Positions 24,919 through 36,945 of a stretch of DNA of 64,000 nucleotides are shown here, piece by piece; the stretch's first letter is position 1, and each line of letters begins with the position of its first letter. Made by a program: the position numbers and the translations under genes. This DNA is from Amphiscolops sp. MND2022 (taxonomy: Eukaryota), in assembly GCA_964187785.1 (NCBI GenBank), contig OZ076415.1, forward strand, positions 24,056,001 to 24,120,000, given 5' to 3'. The notes beneath the pieces were generated by a model. The model searched no databases, was not told the origin of the DNA, and worked only from the letters and a program-made list of their open reading frames with translations.

Positions 24919-25032
24919 CTTCAGGTAGAACTGCTGCCACGTCTGGAACACTCCAACTGCAAGGATAACGAGACCCGAAAACCACCACAGTTTTAGCGTT
25001 TGGAACAGAGGAGTGTCTTGGACATTTGATTC
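24919..25032 (-). CDS. Candidate 114-nt internal exon encoding a transmembrane-like segment (ESNVQDTPLFQTLKLWWFSGLVILAVGVFQTWQQFYLK)
   Basis: Acceptor GTCTTTCTCTGTAACCAG, donor AAG|GTAAGG, stop-free, phase 0-0, and not similar to the flanking TE debris. Confidence 0.6.
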
Positions 25033-28000
25033 CTGGTTACAGAGAAAGACAATAAGCAGGATAGGAGTCAAACATGTCCTCAACTTTTTTCTATGTATTA
25101 GTGCTGTTATACAGCTCATCTGTCTTAACCTCTACCGAATTTCGGTCAACCCTACCAGAAAGGAGTTGATAAAAAAACTTGAATGAAAACTCCATGTTAA
25201 TTTTTGAAGTATAGTTTTGATACAATCCCGTTACATAAAAAAGACTTGTTGCAGTTTGCTTCTAATGCGAAGCATTAATGTATGATTGACACAGTTAGGA
25301 TCGTTACAAACAATCAGAGCGAGGCAGAACACGACGAGAACGTCTAAAGTCGGCGCTTTATCTAGGGCTCAAAAAGCGCAAAACATTTTTTTTTGGAAAA
25401 AAACTTGAAATTTTCGAACACTTTTCTCTTTCGGAAAATGTCACAGAGTGCCGAAAAATGTAAAACGGGGAACCTTTTTGATTTATAAACATGCATTCTG
25501 TTGGAAAACAACAAAAAACTCAAAGGGGGACCCTTTGGGACATTAAAAAAAATTTTCAAAAAAAGTAGCACAGTGCCGAAAAATTTTGAAAGGTGTGACC
25601 CTTAAGTCTCGGCCGGTTCTGTAGGTTACAATAAAAATGGACTAACTGGAAGAAGGGACCCTTTGCACTATCCTAAATGCGCTGCCAGTATTTCGTTCGT
25701 CGCTTCGAGTCCGTCTTTAAAAAAAACGAGTGACTGTAATAGTAGGGATCTTTTATTAACAAAAGCGCCGACTAAAAATTTCCGCACCGAACCTAGAACA
25801 AGACAGATGTTGGAAAGATTCCGAAAGTTCACAAAACGCAAAAAAACTGGATATAACAACTGTTTAAATAGATGACGTCTCGGAAACCGGTGAACTGGAA
25901 AAAACAAGCATTTTAAGAACACTGTTTTCGTGCAGTGTGACTTGTTCTACCAAATAATGAGAACCAAACACAAAACGGAACCCGTCAGTATTTGACAGGC
26001 TTTCCGGCAGAACAGAACGTAGACGAAACACCTGAAGAGTTCTGGCGATGACTGAATGAAATCGAGAAAAAATGTAACTTTGATACAATGTCTGCAGAAG
26101 AAGTAATAATTACGTGACGGCAATTCCCAATAAAAAACCACGAGACAAAACTATGATGGAAAAACGTTGAACATGAAATAGAAACGTGGTTGATTAGTTG
26201 GTAAGAACACCTACGAAACGAAAAACAAAAGGAATACAAAACCGAAAGCGCCAGTCTCAGCGGGAGAAAAGCACGTAGTGGAAAACAGAACCGATACAAT
26301 GAAAACTCAATTCGGGAGAAGAGAACTTTTGGTAACTGATCATGGTGGTTTTGTAACGATCCAAACTGTACAATCATACGTTAATGCTTCGCATTAGAAG
26401 CAAACTGCAACAAATGCAGAGTGGCAAGCCACAACGCAAAAGCTTGCAGCACAGAAATCAACAACAACTATACATGTAGAAAACAAATCGAAGGAGAACT
26501 GAATGATACGAAAAGATCATCAAAGGAGTAAGACGAAAGCAAACATCACATGTAAGAAATAAATACCGGCGAAGAAAAGAACAAACACCAGATGGAAATT
26601 ATCATGCCACAAAAAATCGATATAACGGAAATGAATGGTGTGGAGTGGATGGAAGCTTCCAATTCCACGAACAGAAACACATAGAGGACTGAAAACAACC
26701 AATCAGAAGAAGAGAAAGTTTTAAAAAAAATTTCCAGATCTATTCCAGGACAACATTAAAAAAATACCGAAAAAAATAACCATCCCAAGCTGGGACGTTA
26801 CCTGCTTAAACAGAAACTTGATTCGTAGCAATACATCAACAACAAGCTCTGGGACGGGATAACGAGAAGTAATTACAGCCCAACATTTGAATATGACAAA
26901 TGACGTTGACAAAGACGGTTTTGTGTCTCAGGTGGTAATCACAGTAGACAGCGTGATAATAGCTCTGGACCCACGGAAATTGAAAGAGAGCTCTATGGAA
27001 AGGAAATCCAATACGCCAAATATAAGGGACTAGCGAACAATATTTCGGTTAAAATCACCCCTGCTGACAAGTACATCCATTTCTTTGAAAAATTGACTTG
27101 GATTACCCATAAGGACAAGTGAAATTATCCTAAGAAACAAGCCGACAATGTGTGTATGCACTGACCGGGGGTACATTCAGCGAGTACCCGAGGTACAAAA
27201 AAGGGTTCTTCGGACTTCAAATTTACCAACAATGTTTCCACAAAAACATGAACAAACACTCGAATACTGAACCCCTGCCTGTCTAGACGATATATCTATG
27301 GTAATCCGTGGAATCAACAGAAGCACGCGACAACGGTTTTTCAATTTTCCACGTAATCCTAACAATGGCATATATAGAGCAGGTTGGAACAAAATCCGAA
27401 ACTTTCATGAATCAAGCAAAGTGGCTGGGACTTCTACGAAGAAAATATCAACCCGATGCTTTCGGAACGAGCGGATCGGCGTAAAAGATCACTCAATCTT
27501 AGTGAACCATGAAAATAACCATATAAAACAAATTTTCACTAAAAGACCATGTCTAGCACACTAGACACAATCGAAAGAAAACATGGTAACTACCGATGAT
27601 AGCACAACCGAAACGGAAAAACACTTTGACAAAAACAAGATGACGGAGTTATAAAACCAATTGCATCCGAAAGTAGACGTTTGAACGACACTGAAAGAAC
27701 TATATGTACATTTGAAACATCTGGAGAGAACTATTCAATCGATGAATTGGAACAATTAGCAGTTGTATCTGGAGTACCAAAAATTCCGATTTCTTTTCAA
27801 CGGGAAAAAATTACCTAAAAACGGGACACCGAACTTTAGAGCCACTGACAAAAAGAAACCGATGTAAAAAACATAGGCGCGACGGCATGTCGCGCTTGGG
27901 CACGAGCAGAAACGTTCAATGGTCTGCAGAAGGTGCTAGAAAATGTGTATATCCCAGATTCCAAAACCTAGTGAACTTATCTAGTCTCAGATCAAGAAAA

Positions 28001-29745
28001 TTTAGATGAAAGAACTAAAAAGAAAGGTGAGAAATTGAAGTTTGAGAAAAATGAAAATTGTAATTTTAGCAGAAAAACGCAGGCGTCATACTTGATGACG
28101 GAAAGTTTGATAGTACAAGAACTAGCCTACATCTTTGCATAACTCTGTGAGGGAAAATGGTTTTCGTATCTACTTTCACTTCTGAGAAAAATCAGTTACA
28201 ATTTGGGAAAAAATGGAAATTTTTCGAATTTTTTCTTCTTCCATTTATTTGCCCAATAATACCAGAGCGAGAAAAAGTCGACGTCATTTTTACCTTTACA
28301 CATAGCCTACTGAACCCTCGTACAAATTACGAAACCATGGACTCCGTATTCGTTCTCGGTCCTGATATACAGGATACAGATATACAAGCTCGAGTAAAAA
28401 AGAAATGAGAATTTTTTTCAAAAAAATCAAGTATTTTTTAGCAGAAAAACGAAGGCGTCATACTTGATGATGAAAACTTGATTAGTACAAAAAAGCCCAC
28501 ATCCTTGCTATTTGTCTTGAGGAAGAATGGTTTCTCTATCTGGTCTCGGTTTTGAGAAATAAGGGAAGAAAGATGAAACACTCTAAAAAATTTGCGTTTT
28601 TTCAAAACTTTTTTCAAAAAAAACCAGGAAGCCGAATTCTTTTTGAAAAATTTCTTCAACGAAAAGGTAGCCAAGGATTCTACCCAACTTTTGGCTAGGA
28701 CAAAGGTTTTTCGTATCTCTTTTCAGTTCTGAGGAAAATCCATTACAAGTTATGAAAAAATGGGAAATTTTTCGAATTTTTTCTTCATCCCTTTATTTGC
28801 CCAAAAAAACCGGAGCAAAAAATTTTGACGTCATTATTGGTTTTAAACGCAGCCTACTGAGCCCTAGTACAAATTACGAAACCATGGACTGCGTATTTGT
28901 TCTCGGTCTTGAGATATAGGGGCTCAAGTATAAAATAAATAGGAAAATTTTTCAAAAAAAAACAAGTATTTTTAGCAGAAAAACGAACGCGTCATACGTG
29001 ATGACGGAAACTATGTTGGTACAAAACCTAACTTACATCCTTGCTGTTTATCTTGAGGGAGAATGGTTTCTGTATCTTTCGTCAGTTTTGAGAAATATGA
29101 GCTACAAATGAAAAAAAATTTTCGAAATTTTTTTAAATCCCTTTTTCTGCCCAAAAAGCGAAGTCGAAAAAAATTTTTTGACGCCATTTTTAGGTGAAAA
29201 TGTAATCTATGAAACGCTTGTATATTATACGAAACCATGAACTCTGTATCTGGTCTCGGTTCTGAGAAATAGGGGATGGAAGATGAAAAACAGTCAAAAA
29301 TAGCGTTTTTTTTTCAAAATTTCTTTTCAAAAAAAACCATAAAGCCGAATTTTTCTTGCAAATTGTTTTAACGCAATTGTAGCCGAGGATCCTGCGCAAC
29401 TTTTAGCTAGGATAAAGGTTTTTCGTATCTCTTTTCAGTTCTGAGAAAAATCAGTTACAAATTTTGAAAAAATGGGAAATTTTTGAAATTTCTTCTTCAT
29501 CCCTTTATTTGCCCAGAAAAACCAGAGCGAAAAAAATTCGACGTCATTCACTGCTTTAAACGCAGACTACTGAGCCCTAGAACAAATTATGAAACCATGG
29601 ACTGCGTATTTGTTCTCGGTCTTGAGATATAGGGGCTCAAGTATAAAATAATTAGGAAAATTTTTCAAAAAAAAATAAGTATTTTTAGCAGAAAAACGAA
29701 CGCGTCATACGTGATGACGGAAACTTTGTTGGTACAACAACTAGC

Positions 29746-30255
29746 GGGAACAAGACGTTTCGGCACAAGACGTTTCGGCAACAAGATGGCGGAAGACGTT
29801 TCGGCAACAAAATGTTGCCGAAACGTCTTTCACCTGCTGTGAAGACGTTTCGGCACCAAAGACGTTTCGGCAACAAGAAGAATAATCTGTAGTTTTCTTT
29901 AGTATGAAACGTGCCCCATATATGTCCCCATTTCCTCTAGTGCCCCGCGGCCCCTTGGGGCCGCTTATATTCCCATCTTGCTAAGCGAGGTCGAACAGGA
30001 GCAAAGACCTAGCGGAAACGGAGATCGCGAAGCGATCGTAGTGGGAGCTGGTCTTTGCGACGGTGAGGGCGAGCGTGCATACACCGAATATGCCCCCACA
30101 TTAGAAGGGGAAAGTACTGAAAATTTGTTGCCGAAACGTCTTTCACCTGCTGTGAAGACTTTTCGGCACCAAAGACGTTTCGGCAACAAAAAGTTGCCGA
30201 AACGTCTTCCGCCATCTTGTTGCCGAAACGTCTTGTGCCGAAACGTCCGGAACCC
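29746..30255. mobile_element. Foldback element with (GACGTTTCGGCA..)n tandem TIRs and 8-bp TSD
   Basis: GGG...CCC ends; TSD CAACTAGC at 29738-29745 and 30256-30263. The uninterrupted host sequence is visible at ~29015-29045. Confidence 0.85.
29907..30120 (-). mobile_element. ~200-bp hairpin+CTAG element (Helitron-like non-autonomous, tentative), copy 1 of 5
   Basis: Perfect 8-bp stem GCGGCCCC-TT-GGGGCCGC (29947-29964) 6 nt from CTAG (29937-29940). Other copies at 45365-45546, 46795-46989, 47408-47620 and split 48280-48358/49824-49948. Confidence 0.65.
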
Positions 30256-32811
30256 CAACTAGCTTACATCCTTGCTGTTTGTCTTGAGGGGGAATGGTTT
30301 CTGTATCTTTCGTCAGTTTGGAGAAATATGAGCTACAAATGAGAAAAAATTTTTCGACATTTTTTTTCATCCCTTTTTTTGCCCAAAAAACCAAGTGTGA
30401 AAAAAATTTTGACGCCATTTTTGAGCGAAAATGCAGCCTATGAAACGCTTGTAAATAACACGGAACCATGGACCCTGTATTTGGTCCTGGTTCTGAGAAA
30501 TGGGGGATCAAACATAAAAAACAGTCAAAAATAGCGTTTTTTCAAAACTTTTTTAAAAAAACCATGAAGCCGATTTTTTTTCGAAAATTTTTTTCGGCGA
30601 AAATGTAGCCCAGGAACCTGCGCAACTTTTAGTGGAAACATGGTGTCCGTATCTGTTATGGGTTTTAAGAAATTTGCCTCTTTTAAGAAAACGTCACCAT
30701 ATGGGCAATCTCGCTCCGCTCGTGCCCCAAACACTAAAGTTCGAGACTAATCCGGTGGCTCGACCAGTTGACACACTTCAATATCGAAGGAAAACACAAT
30801 GTTTGAAGTTTATTGATTCCCCCGCTGAAAACCTCATCGAGACGGGAAGCTGCGACGAAAGACAATTTTCATGAAGATAACGTAATCAAACTAACAATCG
30901 AACAAGGGAAATTAAAAATTAAACTCGAAACGGCTTTCGCGGACTAATCACAAAACAGCAAAGGCAAATGCGGTGCAAGAAAGAGTACCTCCGAACCACA
31001 AACTGGGCAAGAAACAATTACACTAGAATACAATAAACAAGAACTGAAACGGCGCGAACAAAGACAACAAACAAACGACATGTGTCGCGGAAGTCCAAAG
31101 CCAACTACCACGTAAAAATACGTAAGAAATCCAAGTAAAACACACAAACGAAAAAAAAATGAATATAAAAGCTACTGACACGAATTGAAAAACATTTATA
31201 ATTGGGGTCCAACCTGGAAAAACATCGACATTATCCGTCAACGCAGCCTAGAAAGCCGAAGATTAGTGAAACAAAAGCCCGCTCCATCCAACCCAGACAC
31301 CTTGATACGCCTGACATGGCCCGCAAACGCAGAGAACAGTGTTTACGACATCCCTGCTAGACAAAGACAGTCGATGCAAGACTGCCAAAACTAATACAAG
31401 GCTACTAAAACAAGCGACACCACTAGAAGGTCACTATCGAGAAGCCGATGAAGAAGAGTCCGGAAGAAAGACAAGTTGAGCCTGATCCGGCTGATACAGA
31501 AGAAGACATTGTCTTGCTCCAAGGAGGGAGCTCACTCATCGTAGAATGGAACAAATTCATACTGAAGGGACAAAAATCAGTCTCTCTAATCAAATTAACC
31601 AGTTCTCTGAGAGAGTGAAGAAAATCGAAGATAATTTCAAGAAAGCAGGATTTGAGTTACGATGGTCCTTAAAGAGCCTCATATCCAAAACTGCAATCGA
31701 GCTAGAACTCACACGAGTCAGGCGTAGCGTGAGACGAGAGGAAAAGAGATGACCCCAGAAGGGTAGAAGCCTGTTATCGAGAAAGACTCAATCCGGTGGA
31801 ATTTAGTAATTGTAACTGACAAAACGTTGGTCCCGTTCGCGGTTCCTGGATATACTACATTTAGGTCACGCCGGTTCGACAAAGTTGACAGTGGCAGAAA
31901 TTGTCTTCAAGCTGGAGGTCAAAGAAATAGTAAAAGACTGTACAGCATGTCTCGCAACATGTAATTTTTTACAAATCAATATCCGAACAAACATTATCGA
32001 GGGCTAACAAGTTGGCTGAACATGCAATACATATTGATTTTTACTATGAAACTTCACATCAAAAATGGACACAGAAATACTTATCACAAAAAAGTGGGGC
32101 CTCACAGAAAATTTTGATTTAGACAAACGAGGGTCGTTCATTTTAGAAATGTAAAAAATGAACCCAACAATAGTGGTCAAACACTGGTCACTCTCAATGC
32201 ACATGAGAAACAGTACTGCGGAAAGAGCAATCCAAACACTGAAGATTCAATGCTAGTGAACATGGGAGACGGAAATTACCTAACCGGAAGTTTTTACAAA
32301 CACTTCCGAACCAGCCAATATTGTTGATGGTGGTAAAATGAAATTATCACATTGTTCAGAAATATCAATTTCAAGGTCAAACAAGCGAATTTTTATAATC
32401 TCTAAGGGCTATGTTGCGGAAGCAGACTTAGGTAATTAAGTGGTCTTGGCTAGCACCAAAGCAGATTCGGTTAGCTACCCCGTTAGACATGAACCATACC
32501 GACACTGAGGAAACGACCACGACGAAAATGGAACGCTGGTAGAAACCGGATATCATGTCTATTATACCTCGGAACAAAACAGACGATGCGCGTCAATTCG
32601 GACGAACGCGGAAAACGAGGTTTTACAGATCTATACAGACAGTGAGAATCCACAGGGTGGGACTCCTGAACCTAATATACAGCGATTAAGCCGAAGTGCC
32701 AAAAGTACGATCAGGCACGGTAGCATATCTTAGTTAGGCTTAAATCGGATACGATCTCTTATGTCAAAATTGGCCCAATGTGGGACAAAACAAAACATGT
32801 AAAAAAGTTTC

Positions 32812-32846
32812 ATATATATATATATGTATATACATGTATATATATA
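32812..32846. repeat. (AT)n-rich microsatellite at the 3' end of the CRE-like element
   Basis: CATATATATATATATGTATATACATGTATATATATA. Confidence 0.9.
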
Positions 32847-32849
32847 ACG

Positions 32850-35300
32850 ATAACGATCAGGAGTCAGGCAAACCTCAGTTCGCTCTGACGTATGAACCAA
32901 AATGAGCGTATGGCTCGTATCTCTTGTCGCTGATCAAGCTAGCGAGTCGTTTCATCGCTTTTGTCACTGATGTCCCTGTGGCCCCGGTGCGTGAAGAAAT
33001 CAGCGGAGAGAACGTGCTCTTCTCCACATTGACGACGCGTTCTTCATTTGTACTTTTTTTGATTGGATTGTGGTCTTTGTATGGGTCTCCGATGCTGTTG
33101 GGGCACAATTTAGTATGCGGGTTGAAAACTATGACGTCGAAAAACGTTCTGGGATATCTTGACCCGAAAAGTCCATTTGTTTTGATGTCCAGTCAAGCCT
33201 CATTATCAGGGGTTGTCAATATGTTGTCGAATCTTTCACTTTGTAGCATACCTCGTGCATCAGTTCTGCCCTTTCGTCTCTGATTTGATTTTGCATGATG
33301 TGAGTGTACCCACCTTCGGGACAATGCATCACATGCGAAACGGTAAGTTATTCACAGCACGTATAGTAGGAAGGTATTCTCTTGGTGTCCCATCTGTACC
33401 TGAGAATTTTTCCATCTCTGAATTCATACTTAGTTGTATGTCAAAGTTATCATGTTGCAACGGTTGGGCTTGAATCCAACTTGACGATTCCTTTTTTGAG
33501 GCAAGTTGGAGTGAAAATTTTTGTTTCTCAGCCAATTCATCAATCAGATGACTTCGTTTCGTTTTCAACAAATTTCTTTTTTTTTTCGAATTGAATCAGC
33601 TATGGCAACTTGACCTCCTACTGATAATGTTTTGGCTTTCGTTTTGAGCGGTCGATTTCAGGTGTTCGCTCATCAGGCATCAAAGTATTTAGACGAGTGT
33701 CTTTGTTTGGTAGTGAAAACACTTTTCGGAGATTCTGATCGATATCGTTTTTGCCAACCATGTTCGGTAACAATTAGTCGCTGATTGCAGTTTCTGTCTC
33801 CTGCAGTAGATACTCGCCATCCGGCGTGATCCTTGTGATAAATATCATCTAATGCTGAAATCTTTGTGATTAGGCTTTGTAAAGGGATTGTGGAGGTCCT
33901 TTGGGAACTATCAGCCTGTTTTTGGATCACTTTAACGATTTCATTTGCTTTGTCGACTTCGAAGGAAGCACACTACCAATGATCGAGCCGAGCACTCTCC
34001 GTGTGTGTGTTCATCCAATACTATACTCGGAGATTAATGTCTTCATTAGCAAAAGCTTCCAGTGTATTTTTGCTTTGTCATTTCGAAGAATCAGATGGCA
34101 TTGCATTAAGTGGTATGCAGAACAGGTCCATGAAATTTAAGATTGTTGTATAGTCTTCTCAGCGTTCCAAAGTCTTCAGAAACATTTCCCTCATCCACGT
34201 ACCACTTCTGATATGCTTTGTAATGAGGTGCAATTTTATTCGGTGGTAAGATCGCAATTCCGTACAAACCCATGGCCAGTGGATCTCTCCTTGCAGGTGT
34301 TATATGGTGTCGTGTAACATTGGTCGATTTCAGTGGTTGCAATTTTTTGCGGCGAGTGGTGCTATTTTCTACATATTCCGACTGAGGTGTTTTTGAGGAC
34401 AGTCACGATTCTGTACCATTCACAGGTCTACCTTCACGGCTGATAGGCCATGTGATCCATTTGTTTTCATAGCGGAGCGTTTGCTTGGACTGAAGTTTAT
34501 GTTGTCAAAAATTACGGGAAAGTGTGAGAGCGTTTCGTCAAAAGAGTTTCTCTGGAAATTGACTCGTGGCTTGTTTGGGATTTGGGAGTTTCTGTTCAAG
34601 TTTGTTCATCACGGATTGGCCTTGACTATGTGCTTTTGTGAGAAAGGACCCCCCTTTCGTCCATCCGTCAGGCATCCAATGGCATTGAATATCTTGCCTT
34701 TTGATATGTGATTGTCAAATTCTTTGAATTCGTTGAGTGTTCTCGTTCTGGATAATTTAATTAGCCTTTGCTACAACGCACTCGCTTCCGTCGTTTGTTG
34801 CAATTGCAACCAACTGACATCTATTGAACATATCTGGTGACTGAGTTATTTTTGGGTGCTTTGGTTCGAGGTAATGTTAAGTGTGACAGAATCAAGGCCA
34901 GTTTGAATGCGTATTTTGATTCATCTAGATTTGTTGGGATTGTGGATGCGAGCAACGTGTTAAAGATATCCACGAATCAATATCCCTTTTTGGTCTTTAG
35001 TAGGATATTGAAAACAAGTTTCCCCGGTACCAAGTTGAGGTAAATTCTTCCAAAGGTCAAGTAGTGCTGGTGATTCAGGTGCTGCCATATGTCTTCCGGT
35101 GTCGACGTCGATTGATTTGCATAATGATGTCCTCGAATTTGTTTTTCCAGTCTTGCGTTGGCAGTTTTTGCAGACAAAACCAGGGATTTCACAGCCGCTG
35201 CATTTCAAATGCATGTAATAGTGACATTCATAACAATACACTCCACCACCATCGTTCTTGTAAAGCGATGGGTTTGATACGCAAGTAAGAGAAGCGATGA
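32850..35300 (-). mobile_element. Decayed CRE-clade (restriction-like endonuclease) non-LTR retrotransposon
   Basis: Fragments match motifs I recognise from CRE-like ORFs: LASKKESSSWIQAQPL (cf. ASEKGASSWL..LPL), NVEKSTFSPLISSRTG...MKRLASLISDKRYEPY (RLE C-terminus), DPLAMGLYGIAILP...QKWYVD (RT). N-terminal Cys/His cluster at ~35150-35290. Confidence 0.8.
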
Positions 35301-36192
35301 AAGGGCTATGAAAACATCTTGATAAGATTTAGAAGTATTTTGGAACAAAGTACATTACCAATTCCAGAAAAATGAATACCATCTCTGGAGGCACTTTTTT
35401 GCTGGTATACAATTTACTGCGGAAATATTATTTGGTCCAAGGTGTAATGTATTGTACAAATGTATTTTGTGTAGATTGAAAGTTTCACACTTCATATGAC
35501 ATACGTTGCTATTAAAAGAGAGGTCTCACACGGGAGAGATGTTTTTCGGGGCTATTCGGCCTGATTTAGTATGGGATCAAGTCAGTCAGGATGCGGTCGT
35601 TCTCTTTGAACAAAGCAAGGGGATGCAATGATCGTTGAAACCGGCGACTAAAAAAATTTTTTGCAGATCAAGTCATGCGTATATCGCTACAACCAATGTC
35701 AAATCCCCGATGGTTGCTCCGGCATGAGTTGCCTAAATTGTCTCAAATTGTAGATACTTGGTCGCGGATGTTCTAAAAACCAATTGTCTCTCGTTCCAAA
35801 TAAAAGTCCCCGCTGTGAAATGTCAGTGCATTTTCCGCTCACCTACAGCTGAGGTGGTGTGTCTTCGTGAGTACCATGGAAGTCCAGAATCAGCGCGCAT
35901 ATGATATGAAACAGCAAAGATTGTGATTGAGAAGGAGAAACATACTATATAATAAATTTAAAACATCAAATACGGTTTGCGTTCTCATGTATCATTGACA
36001 TGTTATCCCATCGTCGTCCTCCTCAGTGTCGGTAGGTTCTTGTTTGACATGATATTTAACTGATCTGCTTTGGTGCTCGCCGTGACCACACAATTAATTT
36101 TCCCCTTCTGCACCACAGTGCTTAGAGATTATAATGTTTTGCTTGTTTGATACTGAAATGGATATTTCAGAACAATGTGATAAATATATATT

Positions 36193-36945
36193 TGTAACGT
36201 CCGGCTAGCGACGCACATCTAGGAAGAGGGACAATGCCTAGGATGCTTAAACAGGAGACCGTTGTCTTACTACATACCTAGACACTAGTTTTTGATCCCA
36301 AAATGGTCTCCAAGGGGGACTTTTCTAACGTCTAAGGAGGCTCCTCTAGTTAGAGCTCCGAGGCGACGTGCCGGCACTCTCAAAGTCCGGACACGCCCCA
36401 CAAGCCTGTAAAAACAAATCCTAAGGTTTTTAGCGCGTTCCTGCCATCTCCTACATACTTCCGAGGTCCAAAAAGGTGTCTAGCTGAAATACATTATATT
36501 GGTGAATAAGGACTAAAATGAGGCCCTAGTAGGTCAAACATTATCCAAATACGCTATAAACAGTCAAAGTAGGTGGGGATAGGCCCCAATAAAGTATACA
36601 GTTACAGTTCGGTGGCGATCATCGGCTTCCTGCCTCTGGCATCATTCCTCATCTTCGGGGCACAATGGTCTCATTTGGCACTTTTCTGCCAAAACCCTGT
36701 CTTTTTGCTGTCAGATGGCCGAATTCCTGATTCTCACGCCTTCTGGGTGATGACATCTCGGACATTCTCGTTCCTGGGTGGTGGGTTGGGTCTTTCTGGG
36801 CGTGTTTTGCCTTTTTTTTGCTTCCTCTACGGTTTTCGTACCTGCCGGGTCGGCCATCTTGAATGTGCTTGTTTGATGTCGCACATTTCGAATTTTTGAT
36901 CGAAATTTTCAAAAACTTCTGCAACGCCGACTGCCGGACGTTACA
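36193..36945 (-). repeat. 3' LTR of the LARD-like element
   Basis: Near-identical to 40566-41318; adjacent to the PPT. Confidence 0.95.

Larger units (their letters stand above)
28060..30640. repeat. Complex higher-order tandem repeat block
   Basis: The unit head AGCAGAAAAACG..GCGTCATAC.TGATGA recurs at ~28069, 28440, 28974 and 29688. Internal subunits AATGGTTT..GTATCT...TGAGAAA and GAAACCATGGAC..GTATT recur several times. Confidence 0.85.
25930..32750 (+). pseudogene. Highly decayed Ty3/gypsy element C (gag-RT-RH at ~25930-28020, INT region at ~30640-32750), split by a repeat block
   Basis: Recognisable relics: EKCNFDTMSAEEVII (gag), VSQVVITVDSVIIALDPRKL (RT), YSIDELEQLAVV (RH), HLGHAGSTKL...VKDCTAC (INT zinc finger). 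LTRs not identified. Confidence 0.75.
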
